NCBI GenBank assembly: GCA_038147155.1
Contig: JAYQTA010000005.1
Location: 26,745-90,744 of the forward strand
DNA length: 64,000 bases
Direction of reading: 5' to 3'
Source of the DNA: Candidatus Australimonas brisbanensis
Lineage (GTDB): Bacteria > Chloroflexota > Dehalococcoidia > Lucifugimonadales > Australimonadaceae
Each line of letters opens with the position of its first letter. The stretch's first letter is position 1. Shown piece by piece: positions 51,867-61,012 of this stretch. The translations under genes were made by a program, and so were the position numbers. The notes beneath the pieces were generated by a model. It was not told the origin of the DNA and made no database searches. It saw nothing but the letters and a program-made list of their open reading frames with translations.

Positions 51867-53144
51867 GTGGCCCAACCCGGCCCCGGCCCGGCGGGCGTCC
51901 GGGGTCGCCTGCGCTTCTACGGCTGGACCGTGGTGGCGGGCCTGGCCGTGGCCGGCGGGGCAAGCATGCTCACGGGCGTGGGCAACATGGGCATCTTCGT
52001 GGAGCCCATGAACGCTGAATTGGACATGGGCCGCGCCCCCTTCGGCTGGGCACTCACCGCCCGTCTCGCCGGTTTCGCCATCGCTGGGCCGCTGATCGGC
52101 CGGGCCATCGACCGCTACGGCGCCCGTGCACCTCTGGCCGTGGCAGGAGTGCTGGCCGGCGTCGCTGCCGCCGCACAGGGGCTCATCGACGCCGCCTGGC
52201 AGTTGGTGGCGCTCACCTTCATCGGCGGCCTCCTGGGTTTCTGGGGCTCCTCCACCCTCTACCTCACCGTCCCCGTCGCCAAGTGGTTCGTGCGCCGGCG
52301 CGGCAAGGCGATGGCCATGGTGTTCATCGGCGTGCCCTTGGGCATCGCCATCGCCAACCCGCTCACCCAGGCCATCGTCGATGCGGTGGGCTGGCGCACC
52401 GCCTGGGTGCTCCTGGGCACCGGTGCCGCCGTGCTGATGCTGGCCATGAGCGCATTCGTCATCCGCTCGCGCCCCGAGGACATGGGCCTCACCCCTGACG
52501 GCGTGCCCCTCGCGCCCGCGGGGGGGCCTGCCGGGGGACACGGCGGGGACGAGCACCCCTGGACGGTGCGTGAGGCGGTGCGCACCCCCACCTTCTGGAC
52601 GATGTCCGTGGCCTTCGGCACGCTGATGTTCGGCCTCTCGTCCATGGGCGTGTTCATGGTGCCGTTCTTCATCTCCAAGGGTGAGCACCCGCAGGTGGTC
52701 GCCTTCGCCTTCGCCACCCAGGCGCTCTCCCAGGTGGCCACCTCCCTCACCCTCTCGCCCTACCTCGACCGGCTCCCCATTCGAGTCATCGCCCCTGTCG
52801 GCTTCTGCCTGATGGTGACGGGCTTCGCCATGGGTGTCGCCTCGTGGAACACCCCCACCATGTTCATGGCCACCGTCATCACCGGCATGGGTACGGGCTC
52901 AGGCATGCTGCTCCAGGCGCACATGTGGCCCCACTACTTCGGCCGACGGCATATCGGGGCCATCCGCGGCCTGGCCACACCCGTCAGCCTGGGCTTCTCG
53001 GCCTTCGGCGGCGCGGTGGCCGGCACCATCATCGACGCCACCGGCTCCTTCACGCCCGCGTGGGCGTTAACGGGTGGGCTGGTGGCCGCAGGCGCGGTGC
53101 TCCTGCTCCTCACCCCTCGGCCCCAACCGAGACGGGAGCCGTAA
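51867..53144 (+). CDS. MFS transporter
   Basis: Twelve hydrophobic segments. FYGWTVVAG start motif and GRAIDRYGAR loop 2-3 motif. Confidence 0.8.
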   Translation: MAQPGPGPAGVRGRLRFYGWTVVAGLAVAGGASMLTGVGNMGIFVEPMNAELDMGRAPFGWALTARLAGFAIAGPLIGRAIDRYGARAPLAVAGVLAGVAAAAQGLIDAAWQLVALTFIGGLLGFWGSSTLYLTVPVAKWFVRRRGKAMAMVFIGVPLGIAIANPLTQAIVDAVGWRTAWVLLGTGAAVLMLAMSAFVIRSRPEDMGLTPDGVPLAPAGGPAGGHGGDEHPWTVREAVRTPTFWTMSVAFGTLMFGLSSMGVFMVPFFISKGEHPQVVAFAFATQALSQVATSLTLSPYLDRLPIRVIAPVGFCLMVTGFAMGVASWNTPTMFMATVITGMGTGSGMLLQAHMWPHYFGRRHIGAIRGLATPVSLGFSAFGGAVAGTIIDATGSFTPAWALTGGLVAAGAVLLLLTPRPQPRREP

Positions 53145-53272
53145 GCCCAGACCTTCTCCACGACGAACCCCGCCACGTTGTTGCCCCTGCGCGCGAGCAG
53201 GTGGTAGCATCGCCGCGCCTTCAACCTGGCCGCGTCACGCGCGTGCACGCCGGGGAAGTGCGGGAGGCGAAC

Positions 53273-54409
53273 ATGCGCAGACTCTGGAAGCTGACAATGG
53301 TGGCGGCGCTGGGCGCGCTGCTGACCGCGGCGCTGGCCGCGTGCGGCTCAGATCCCACGCCGACCCCGACGGCCACCCCCAAGCCCGTCACTGGCGGGGA
53401 CCCCACGGCCACCCCCACGCCCGCCGGGCGGGACATGGAGGCCTACTTTTCCGGTAAGACGATCCGCATCATGGTGGGCTTCTCCCCGGGCGGCGGCTAC
53501 GACACCGTGTCCCGCATCTTCGCAGCGGTGGCCCCGCGCCACTTCCCCGGCAATCCCCGGTTCATCGTGACCAACCTGCCGGGCTCCGGCGGCCTGCGGG
53601 CGCTCCAGGAGACCATGAAGGCCACGCCTGACGGGTTCACCGTCAACCCCATGGCCACCCGGTTCATCGTCCCTGAGGTGATCGGTGAGGACGTGGAGGG
53701 CTTCGACCTGTTCAAGGCGAACCTCATCGGCACCGCCACAACGCCGGAGAACCACGCCGGCTTCTGCATGAAGAAGGGCCCTGGCGTGCCCACCACCTAC
53801 GCGGAGATGGTTGCGTCCGGGAAGACCTACGTCACCGGCCAGTCCTCGCCCGGTGGCGACGTGATCGGCGCGGCCCTGGTGGAGATCAAGGGCGGGCCCA
53901 TCAAGGTGGTGTACGGCTACACCGGCACCTCCGACCTGCTGGCCGCCATGGACCGTGGCGAGCTGGATGGGACCTCCCGCTGCGACTTCGTATTCATGCA
54001 GCCGCTCTTCCCGGAGTGGATCGAGAACCAGCAGATCCAGCCGGTCTTCTACTTCCGCAACCCCATGTCGGAGGAGTGGCTGCGCGCCCTGGGCGCCACC
54101 CAGCCCCCGCACCTGTTCGACCTGCTCGACCTGACTGAGGAAGAGGAGGCGGCCTTCACCCTGGGCGACACCGCCGAGGCGCAGACCCGCCTGTTCACCC
54201 TGGCCCCCGACGTCCCGGAGGACATCGTTGAGCAGTGGCGCGCCAGCTTCAAGGCGGTGGTGGACGACCCCGAGTTCATCCAGCGCATGACCAACGGCGG
54301 CCTCGAGGTTGGCTACGGCGACCCGGTGAAGCTGGTGGAACTGCTGCGCAAGGGTCAGAACTTCGGCGCGCAGGCCAAGGACATGCTCCGGCAAATCTAC
54401 GGTCTGTAG
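53273..54409 (+). CDS. tctC: TctC/Bug-family tripartite tricarboxylate transporter substrate-binding lipoprotein
   Basis: Lipobox ALAAC with a Thr/Pro linker. KTIRIMVGFSPGGGYDTVSR and NLPGSGGLRAL motifs. Start at ATG 53273 with GGGAGG. Confidence 0.75.
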   Translation: MRRLWKLTMVAALGALLTAALAACGSDPTPTPTATPKPVTGGDPTATPTPAGRDMEAYFSGKTIRIMVGFSPGGGYDTVSRIFAAVAPRHFPGNPRFIVTNLPGSGGLRALQETMKATPDGFTVNPMATRFIVPEVIGEDVEGFDLFKANLIGTATTPENHAGFCMKKGPGVPTTYAEMVASGKTYVTGQSSPGGDVIGAALVEIKGGPIKVVYGYTGTSDLLAAMDRGELDGTSRCDFVFMQPLFPEWIENQQIQPVFYFRNPMSEEWLRALGATQPPHLFDLLDLTEEEEAAFTLGDTAEAQTRLFTLAPDVPEDIVEQWRASFKAVVDDPEFIQRMTNGGLEVGYGDPVKLVELLRKGQNFGAQAKDMLRQIYGL

Positions 54410-54436
54410 CCGGGAATCGAACGAGACAGGGAGCCT

Positions 54437-54464
54437 AGGGGCGGGCGCATGAGCGCCCGCCCCT
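54437..54464 (+). terminator. GC-rich hairpin after tctC
   Basis: AGGGGCGGGCGC-ATGA-GCGCCCGCCCCT. Confidence 0.55.
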
Positions 54465-54487
54465 TCTCCATCCCGGCTCCCACGCTA

Positions 54488-54516
54488 TTGACGCCGTTGC
54501 CCCCCACGGATAGCGT
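54488..54516 (+). promoter_or_regulatory. putative promoter TTGACG-N17-TAGCGT for tctA-tctB
   Basis: Hexamers at 54488-54493 and 54511-54516. Confidence 0.4.
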
Positions 54517-54593
54517 ACGCGCAACCTTCAGCCAGGGGCCTGCGGGCGGTGCGAGCCGTGCCCTGGCCCTAAAGTGAGATAAGGGAAACAGCC

Positions 54594-56135
54594 ATGCTCG
54601 AAGCGGCACTGAGCGGAGCCCAGCATCTCTTCAGCCCAGGGCCCATGATCGGGTTCGCCATCATGGTGCCCATCGCCCTCATCTCGGGCCTGATGCCCGG
54701 TGGTGGACTGCCCTTCCTGGTGGTGGTGCTCTCCTTCGCCACGCGTTTGGATCCGTTCATCGCCCTGCCGGTGGTCATCGGCTACATGGCCGCCAACGAC
54801 CTGACCGAGCCCATCCCCTCCATCCTCCTGGGCATCCCCGGCGCCCGGTCGTCGCAGGCCACCGTGCTGGACGGCTACCCCCTGGCACAGCAGGGAAGAG
54901 CGGGCGAGGCGCTGGGCGCCTCCTATATGGCCTCGCTCATCGGCGGCCTCATCGGTGCCGTCGCACTCTTCGCGGTGCTGCCCTTCGCCCGCGAGCTGCT
55001 CAAGCAGTTCGGCGCACCGGAGTTCTTCCTCCTCTCGCTCCTGGGCATCATGTCCGTGGGCATCATCTCCTCCGGCGCCATGGTCAAGGGGCTGCTCACC
55101 GCAGGCCTGGGGCTGATGATCGGCATGATCGGCTTCACCAACAACCTGGGCACCACCCGCGCCACCTTCGGCATCGACTACCTGTGGGACGGGGTGTCCA
55201 TCGAGCCGGTGGTCATCGGCCTGTTCGCCATCCCGGAGATCGCCGACCTGGTCGTCTCCAACCTGCCGGTGGCCAAGGACCGGATGCAGGAGATGCTCAA
55301 GGACGGCAAGAAGGACACCTACAAGGGCATGCGGACGGCGCTGCGCCACAAGTGGCTCATCACCCGCTCCTCCCTCATCGGCGTGTTCATCGGTGCCATG
55401 CCGGGCCTGGGCCCCACACCCGCTCACTGGATCGCCTACGCCCAGGCGCGCCAGACCGAGAAGGGCGCACGGGAGACCTTCGGCACCGGCGACATCCGCG
55501 GCGTCATCGCCCCGGAGGCGTCCAACAACTCCACCGACGGCGGCGTGCTCATGCCCACGCTGCTCTTCTCCATCCCCGGCTCGGCGCCCATGGCGCTGGT
55601 GCTGGCCTTCCTGGTGCTGGTGGGCATCCAGCCCGGCCCGCAGATGGTGGGCGAGCACCTGGACCTGACCATGGCGATGATCTACTCCATCGTCCTGGGC
55701 AACATCATCGTGGTGCCCATCGTGCTCCAGTTCGCACCGCTGCTCACCAAGGTGGCGGCGGTCCCTCCGCAGGCACTCGCGCCGGTGGTCATCGGCGTGG
55801 TCACCATCGCCGCCTTCCAGGCGACCAACTCGCTGGGCGGCCTGGTGATGGTGGCGGCGTTCGCGGTGCTGGGCTCCTTCATGAAGGCCTACGGGTGGCC
55901 GCGACCACCGATCCTCATCGCCATCGTCCTCGCCGCGCCGTTGGAGAAATTCATGTCCATCGCGCTGCAGACCTACGGCGCAAGCATGGTGTTCCAGCCC
56001 GCATTCATGGTGATCCTGGTCATGGTGGCCGTTGGCGTGTGGCTCTCCCTGCGGGTGCAGAAGGGTACCAAGGCCACGGAGACCGCCTCCGAAGAGGCCA
56101 TCGAGCACCTGCATGACGCAGAGGGAGGCCGCTGA
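54594..56135 (+). CDS. tctA: tripartite tricarboxylate transporter large permease TctA
   Basis: 513-aa polytopic protein with TctA motifs (LLGIPGARSSQATVLDGYPLAQQG, GAMPGLGPTPAHWIAY, PEASNNSTDGG). Confidence 0.9.
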   Translation: MLEAALSGAQHLFSPGPMIGFAIMVPIALISGLMPGGGLPFLVVVLSFATRLDPFIALPVVIGYMAANDLTEPIPSILLGIPGARSSQATVLDGYPLAQQGRAGEALGASYMASLIGGLIGAVALFAVLPFARELLKQFGAPEFFLLSLLGIMSVGIISSGAMVKGLLTAGLGLMIGMIGFTNNLGTTRATFGIDYLWDGVSIEPVVIGLFAIPEIADLVVSNLPVAKDRMQEMLKDGKKDTYKGMRTALRHKWLITRSSLIGVFIGAMPGLGPTPAHWIAYAQARQTEKGARETFGTGDIRGVIAPEASNNSTDGGVLMPTLLFSIPGSAPMALVLAFLVLVGIQPGPQMVGEHLDLTMAMIYSIVLGNIIVVPIVLQFAPLLTKVAAVPPQALAPVVIGVVTIAAFQATNSLGGLVMVAAFAVLGSFMKAYGWPRPPILIAIVLAAPLEKFMSIALQTYGASMVFQPAFMVILVMVAVGVWLSLRVQKGTKATETASEEAIEHLHDAEGGR

Positions 56136-56731
56136 TGAGCACCCAGCCCAGCGGGAACAACAACCAGGGGCGCGAGGTCCACTGGTACAGCCCTGAGATC
56201 GCCGGTGAGGTGGTGCTGCTCCTGTTCGTGGTGATCCTGATGATCGCCTTCGCCCTGGACGCCTACCACCTCATCTCCAACCGCGGCTACGCCCGGGCGG
56301 AGGGTGGGGTCATCCTGCCCATCCTCACGATCGGCTTCACGCTACCCTTCCTGCTCCTGCGCGTCCGCACCGTCCTGCTACGCAAGCGGCGCATGAATGC
56401 GGGCATGATCATGGACCTGGGCTTCCGGGTGGGTGAGGACCCCGCCGGGGAGCGCAGGCGCGCCCTCGGCTACATCGTGGGCATCGCTGCCCTCTTCATC
56501 GGCATCTGGCTCATCGGATTCCACCTGGCCATCCCCATCTGGGTCATCGTGCTGCTGCGGCGCAACGCCAACGTGCGCTGGCCCATCATCGGCCTGATCT
56601 GCTTCCTGTTCCTCGCCTTCATCGTAGGCATCATGGATTACATCATCGACACCCCCTGGGGTGACCCGGTGCTGTTCCAGCTGTTCGGCCTGGAGTACTT
56701 CCTGGGCAACTTCCCCACCCGCAACTTCTAG
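56135..56731 (+). CDS. tctB: tripartite tricarboxylate transporter small membrane subunit (TctB-like)
   Basis: Four to five TM helices. ATGA overlap with tctA. Assigned by position and topology rather than by motif. Confidence 0.6.
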   Translation: MSTQPSGNNNQGREVHWYSPEIAGEVVLLLFVVILMIAFALDAYHLISNRGYARAEGGVILPILTIGFTLPFLLLRVRTVLLRKRRMNAGMIMDLGFRVGEDPAGERRRALGYIVGIAALFIGIWLIGFHLAIPIWVIVLLRRNANVRWPIIGLICFLFLAFIVGIMDYIIDTPWGDPVLFQLFGLEYFLGNFPTRNF

Positions 56732-56756
56732 CCCGGAACCCGGACTTCGACCCACC

Positions 56757-56787
56757 CGAAGGGGCGGCGCTCTGCGCCGCCCCTTCG
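56757..56787 (+). terminator. GC-rich hairpin after tctB
   Basis: CGAAGGGGCGGCGC-TCT-GCGCCGCCCCTTCG, followed by an extended -10-like TGcTAGACT at 56814-56822. Confidence 0.55.
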
Positions 56788-56866
56788 CACTTGTAGCGGG
56801 CCTCGTGTTGCGGTGCTAGACTCGGCCCGCGCCGCACTGCGGCGACGAATGGAGGAGGGACGCACC

Positions 56867-58339
56867 ATGGCCACGGCGAATCGGCCCCGCGTCGCCTATG
56901 ACGACCTGCGCGGCTACCTGAAGCTGCTGGAGGAGAAAGGCCTGCTGACCCACGTGACGGCGGAGGTGGACCCCACCGGGGAGTTGGGCGCCATCTGCTA
57001 CCGCTCGCTGGTGCGCAACGGCCCCGGCCTCATGTTCGAGAACGTCAAGGGCTACCCCGGCATGCCGCTGGTGGCCAACGTGATGTACACCGAGGCCCAG
57101 TTGGCCCTGGCGCTCAACGGTGACCCCGACTGGGCCACCCTGTCCGACCAGATCCAGGACGGCATGCGCAATCGCCTGGCCTCCAAGACCGTGCCCACGG
57201 GCCCGGTGAAGGAAGTGAAGGTGTTCGGGGAGGACGTGGATGTGGACGCCTTCCCCACGCCCCTCTGGCACGAGGAGGACGGCGGGCGCTACATCGGCAC
57301 CACCGCAGGGTTCGTCACCCGCGACCCCAAGACCGGCGCGCTGAACATGGGCCAGTACCGCTCCATGATCATCGACAAGAACACCACCACGGTGGAGATC
57401 ATGGGCGACTGGGCCATCGGGGCCAAGCCCCCGGCGGGCTCCAACTACGGCGGCGTGGGCGACCGCAACGGCGCCACCCACGTGCTGGAGAACGAGGCCA
57501 ACGGCCTGCCCACCCCCTGCGCCATCGTGCTGGGCATGGACCCGCTGCTGGTGCTCTCCGCGGGAACGGCCGTCCCGGCCGACGTCAACGGCATGGCCGA
57601 GTACGAGGCCGCCGGGGCCTGGGCGGGCCGGCCGGTGGAGTTGGTCAAGTGTGAGACCTCCGACCTGCTGGTCCCGGCCAACGCCGAGATCATCCTGGAG
57701 GGCGAGGTGGTGCCGGGCGAGCGCGTCAACGACGGCCCGCACGGTGAGTCCACCGGCTTCTACAACCAGCACCCCTCCACCTTCAAGGTGCGCATCAAGG
57801 CCATCACCCACCGCAAGAACCCCATCTCCTTCGGCCTGATCTGCGGGCGCATCGAGGACTACCCGCGCCCGCTGATGCGCTCCAACACCCTGCTGAACAC
57901 CCTGGTGTCCAAGTCGGGCCTCACCAACATCCAGGAGGTGTTCTTCCCTGACGCCGGGCGCTCCGGCTTCCTGATCATCCGGGCGAAGATCACCAGCGCA
58001 GAGCAGCCCAAGCAGATCATCGACGCCGCCTACGAGCACATGCGCTACCGGTGGGTGATCGTGGTGGACGAGGACTGCGACGTGCGTGACTGGAACGACG
58101 TGCTCTGGCGCGTCATCTCCTGCGTCGACCCGCAGAAGCACGTGTTCCTGGGCCGAGAGTACACCTACCCCGTCCCCCACTCCGATGCCGTGGAGTTCGT
58201 ACCGCCCACCCAGGGCATGGCCATCGACGCCACCTTCGGGTTCAAGGAGTACAAGCACCCCATGCCTGGCATCGCCAAGCCGTCCATGGGTATGACCGAG
58301 CACATCACCCGCCGCTGGAAGGAGCTGGGCCTCTCCTAG
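56867..58339 (+). CDS. UbiD-family (prFMN-dependent) decarboxylase/carboxylase, paralog 1
   Basis: Motifs NMGQYRSMII, PCAIVLGMDP, EYEAAGAWAGRPVELVKCET and DGPHGESTGFY (UbiD EGPFGxxxGYY equivalent). Start at ATG 56867 with GGAGGAGGG. Confidence 0.85.
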   Translation: MATANRPRVAYDDLRGYLKLLEEKGLLTHVTAEVDPTGELGAICYRSLVRNGPGLMFENVKGYPGMPLVANVMYTEAQLALALNGDPDWATLSDQIQDGMRNRLASKTVPTGPVKEVKVFGEDVDVDAFPTPLWHEEDGGRYIGTTAGFVTRDPKTGALNMGQYRSMIIDKNTTTVEIMGDWAIGAKPPAGSNYGGVGDRNGATHVLENEANGLPTPCAIVLGMDPLLVLSAGTAVPADVNGMAEYEAAGAWAGRPVELVKCETSDLLVPANAEIILEGEVVPGERVNDGPHGESTGFYNQHPSTFKVRIKAITHRKNPISFGLICGRIEDYPRPLMRSNTLLNTLVSKSGLTNIQEVFFPDAGRSGFLIIRAKITSAEQPKQIIDAAYEHMRYRWVIVVDEDCDVRDWNDVLWRVISCVDPQKHVFLGREYTYPVPHSDAVEFVPPTQGMAIDATFGFKEYKHPMPGIAKPSMGMTEHITRRWKELGLS

Positions 58340-58375
58340 GCCGCAGCAACCTCCACACCACTCTGAGGAGCAGAC

Positions 58376-59845
58376 ATGACGACCAGTCAGCGCAAATCCG
58401 TCGGCTACAACTCCATGCGCGAGTACATGGACATCCTGGCCAAGAACGGCCTGCTCAAGCGCATCGCCGCGCCGGTTGACCTGGACTACGAGGTGGGGGC
58501 CATCTCCTACCGCGACCTGATCCGCAATGGGCCGGGCCTCATATTCGACAACATCCGGGGCTACGAGGGCGTGCCCCTGGTGACCAATATCATGTACTCC
58601 CTCGAGCAGCTGGCCATCGCGTTCAACGCCGAGCGCGACTGGGTGAAGCTGGAGGAGATCGTTCACTGGGGCATGAAGAACCGCCTGCCCGCCAAGGTGG
58701 TGAAGGACGCCCCCGTCCAGGAGGTGAAGATCACCGGTGAGGACGTGGACGTGTTCAAGTTCCCCACGCCGCTCTGGCACGAGCTGGACGGGGGGCGCTA
58801 CATCGCCACCACCGCCGGGGTCATCACCAAGGACCCCAAGACCGGTGCCCACAACATGGGGCAGTACCGGTCGATGATCATCGACCGCAACCACATCACC
58901 GTGAAGATCCAGGGCGACTTCAAGGTCGGCGCGCCCCCGCCTGCGGGCTCCAACTACGGCGGCGCCGGAGACCGTTCCGGTGCGGTGCACGTGCTGGAGA
59001 ACGAGGCCAAGGGCCTCAACACCCCCTGCGCGGTGGCTCTGGGGATGGATCCGCTGCTGGTGCTGGCTGCGGGCACGGCGGTGCCCGAGGATGAGAAGGG
59101 CCTGTCCGAGTACGACGCGGCCGGCGCATGGGCCGGGCGGCCGGTGGAGCTGGTCAAGTGCGAGACCATCGACCTGCTGGTCCCCGCGCAGGCCGAGATC
59201 ATCCTCGAAGGTGAGATCGTCGCGGGCGAGCGCCACTACGACGGCCCTCACGGTGAGAGCTCCGGGTTCTACAACAAGAACTACGAGGTGTTCGTGATGC
59301 GCATCGACGCCATCACGCACCGCACGAGCCCTTACTCCTACGGCCTGATCTGCGGGCGCATCGAGGACTACCCCCGCCCGCTGATGCGCTCCGGCTCGAT
59401 CCTGGACACTCTGGTGCGCAAGACCGGCTACCAGAACATCAAGGAAGTCTACTTCCCGGACGCAGGCGCCAAGGGCGTCATCATCATCCGGGCCAAGATC
59501 GAGTCGGCTGAGCAGCCGCTCAAGATCCTGCAGGACGCCTGGGAGCACCTGGGCTACCGGTGGGTGGTGGTGGTGGACGAGGACGCCGATGTGCACGACT
59601 GGAACGACATCTGGTGGCGCATCGTCTCCTTCGCCGACCCGGAGAAGCAGGTGATCTTGGGCAAGGAACTCCCGCGCCCGCTGGGCCGCCCCGGCGAGAT
59701 GGACTTCATCCCGCCCAAGCGCGGCATCGGCATCGATGCCACCCGCGACCACAAGGTGGCCGAGTTCCCGTTCCCGCCGGCCTCCAAGCCCACCATGGAG
59801 ATCCTCAACAAGGTGGGGGAGCGCTGGCCTGAGCTGGGCCTCTAG
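58376..59845 (+). CDS. UbiD-family (prFMN-dependent) decarboxylase/carboxylase, paralog 2
   Basis: Collinear with paralog 1, with long identical blocks (NMGQYRSMIID, GRPVELVKCET, DGPHGES, GLICGRIEDYPRPLMRS). SD GAGGAG. Confidence 0.85.
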   Translation: MTTSQRKSVGYNSMREYMDILAKNGLLKRIAAPVDLDYEVGAISYRDLIRNGPGLIFDNIRGYEGVPLVTNIMYSLEQLAIAFNAERDWVKLEEIVHWGMKNRLPAKVVKDAPVQEVKITGEDVDVFKFPTPLWHELDGGRYIATTAGVITKDPKTGAHNMGQYRSMIIDRNHITVKIQGDFKVGAPPPAGSNYGGAGDRSGAVHVLENEAKGLNTPCAVALGMDPLLVLAAGTAVPEDEKGLSEYDAAGAWAGRPVELVKCETIDLLVPAQAEIILEGEIVAGERHYDGPHGESSGFYNKNYEVFVMRIDAITHRTSPYSYGLICGRIEDYPRPLMRSGSILDTLVRKTGYQNIKEVYFPDAGAKGVIIIRAKIESAEQPLKILQDAWEHLGYRWVVVVDEDADVHDWNDIWWRIVSFADPEKQVILGKELPRPLGRPGEMDFIPPKRGIGIDATRDHKVAEFPFPPASKPTMEILNKVGERWPELGL

Positions 59846-59864
59846 GCCCACAGCAGCACCTTCG

Positions 59865-59900
59865 GGCACGGCCCGTCCCCGTAGCGGGACGGGCCGTGCC
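59865..59900 (+). other. perfect 15-bp GC hairpin between ubiD paralog 2 and ubiX (no U-tract)
   Basis: GGCACGGCCCGTCCC-CGTAGC-GGGACGGGCCGTGCC. Confidence 0.5.
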
Positions 59901-59920
59901 GCCCCAGGAGCCACCCGCCC

Positions 59921-60502
59921 ATGAAGAGGATCATCGTCGGCTTCTCTGGTTCGTCAGCGCCCATCTACGGCATCCGCACGCTCATGGCGCTGCGCGATGC
60001 GCCCGACGTGGAGACGCACCTGGTGCTCTCCGAGGGGGCGCACCTGTCGATCCGCTACGAGGCCCCGGATTGGTCCATCGACGACATCAAGGCCCTGGCG
60101 GACGTGTGCCACGACCCGCGCAACCTGGCGGCGTCCGTCTCCTCGGGCTCCTTCAAGACCGACGGCATGGCCGTGGTGCCCTGCTCCATGAAGACGCTGG
60201 CGGCCATCGCGCACTCCTACAACGCCGACCTAATCACTCGCGCCGCCGACGTGTGCCTCAAGGAGCGCCGTCCGCTGGTGGTGGTGGCACGCGAGACGCC
60301 TCTGCATCGGGGCCACCTGCTGAACATGCTGGCGGTCACGGAGATGGGCGGCATCATCCTTCCGCCCATCCCCGGCTTCTACTCACGCCCGCAGAGCGTG
60401 GAGGAGATCGTGGACCACACCGTGGGGAAGATATTGGACCTGCTGAACGTGGAGCACGACCTGTACCGGCGCTGGGCGGGGGAGAACCCCTCCCAGCCCT
60501 AA
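59921..60502 (+). CDS. ubiX: flavin prenyltransferase UbiX
   Basis: Motifs IVGFSGSSAPIYG, VVPCSMKTLAAIA and VARETPLH. Confidence 0.9.
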   Translation: MKRIIVGFSGSSAPIYGIRTLMALRDAPDVETHLVLSEGAHLSIRYEAPDWSIDDIKALADVCHDPRNLAASVSSGSFKTDGMAVVPCSMKTLAAIAHSYNADLITRAADVCLKERRPLVVVARETPLHRGHLLNMLAVTEMGGIILPPIPGFYSRPQSVEEIVDHTVGKILDLLNVEHDLYRRWAGENPSQP

Positions 60503-60520
60503 CCCCGCAGGAGGTGTGCC

Positions 60521-60958
60521 GTGTCGCGAGAGGTCGGCCCGCAACTGCCCGACGACCTGTACCGCATCCTGGCCGACGAACCGCCCGAGACCCAGCGCGG
60601 GCGCGCCATCGTGCTGCTCACCGTTGACCCGTCGGGCTACGCCCACCCTGCCCTGCTCTCCTACCGCGAGGTGGGCGCACGCTCGCGCGAGACGCTGCGG
60701 GTGGTGGTGTACGCAGGCTCCAATACCACGACGAACCTGCGCGCGAATGCGCTGGCCACCGTACTGTTCGTGGATGAGCGGTTCGTCTACTACGTGAAGG
60801 GAAAGGCCCAGGAGATACCTGCCCACTGCACCGGTGCCGATGCCCACTTCGCCACCTTCGATGTGGCGATCACCAGTGCGCTTGCCGACGCCCCGCGGGC
60901 GGATGAGGCGGGCGCGCACCTGACCAGCGGCATCACCTTCCGGGGCGGGCCGGCCTAG
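60521..60958 (+). CDS. small uncharacterised protein, possibly PNPOx-like FMN-binding split-barrel fold
   Basis: GTG start with AGGAGGTG, 18 nt after the ubiX stop. Reads AIVLLTVDPSGYAHPALLSY...TTTNLRANALATVLFVDERFVYYVKGKA, which resembles the beta-barrel pattern of that superfamily. Weak call. Confidence 0.4.
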   Translation: MSREVGPQLPDDLYRILADEPPETQRGRAIVLLTVDPSGYAHPALLSYREVGARSRETLRVVVYAGSNTTTNLRANALATVLFVDERFVYYVKGKAQEIPAHCTGADAHFATFDVAITSALADAPRADEAGAHLTSGITFRGGPA

Positions 60959-61012
60959 GGATACCAATAAACCGACCGGCCGGTCTCTTGCCCTCTAGCA
61001 GGCCGTTGCCTG

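Noticed and set aside
56816-59914. 1032-aa minus-strand ORF
   Set aside because: It lies antisense to both UbiD paralogs. It is a low-complexity shadow ORF, and the plus-strand genes carry the UbiD motifs and Shine-Dalgarno sites.
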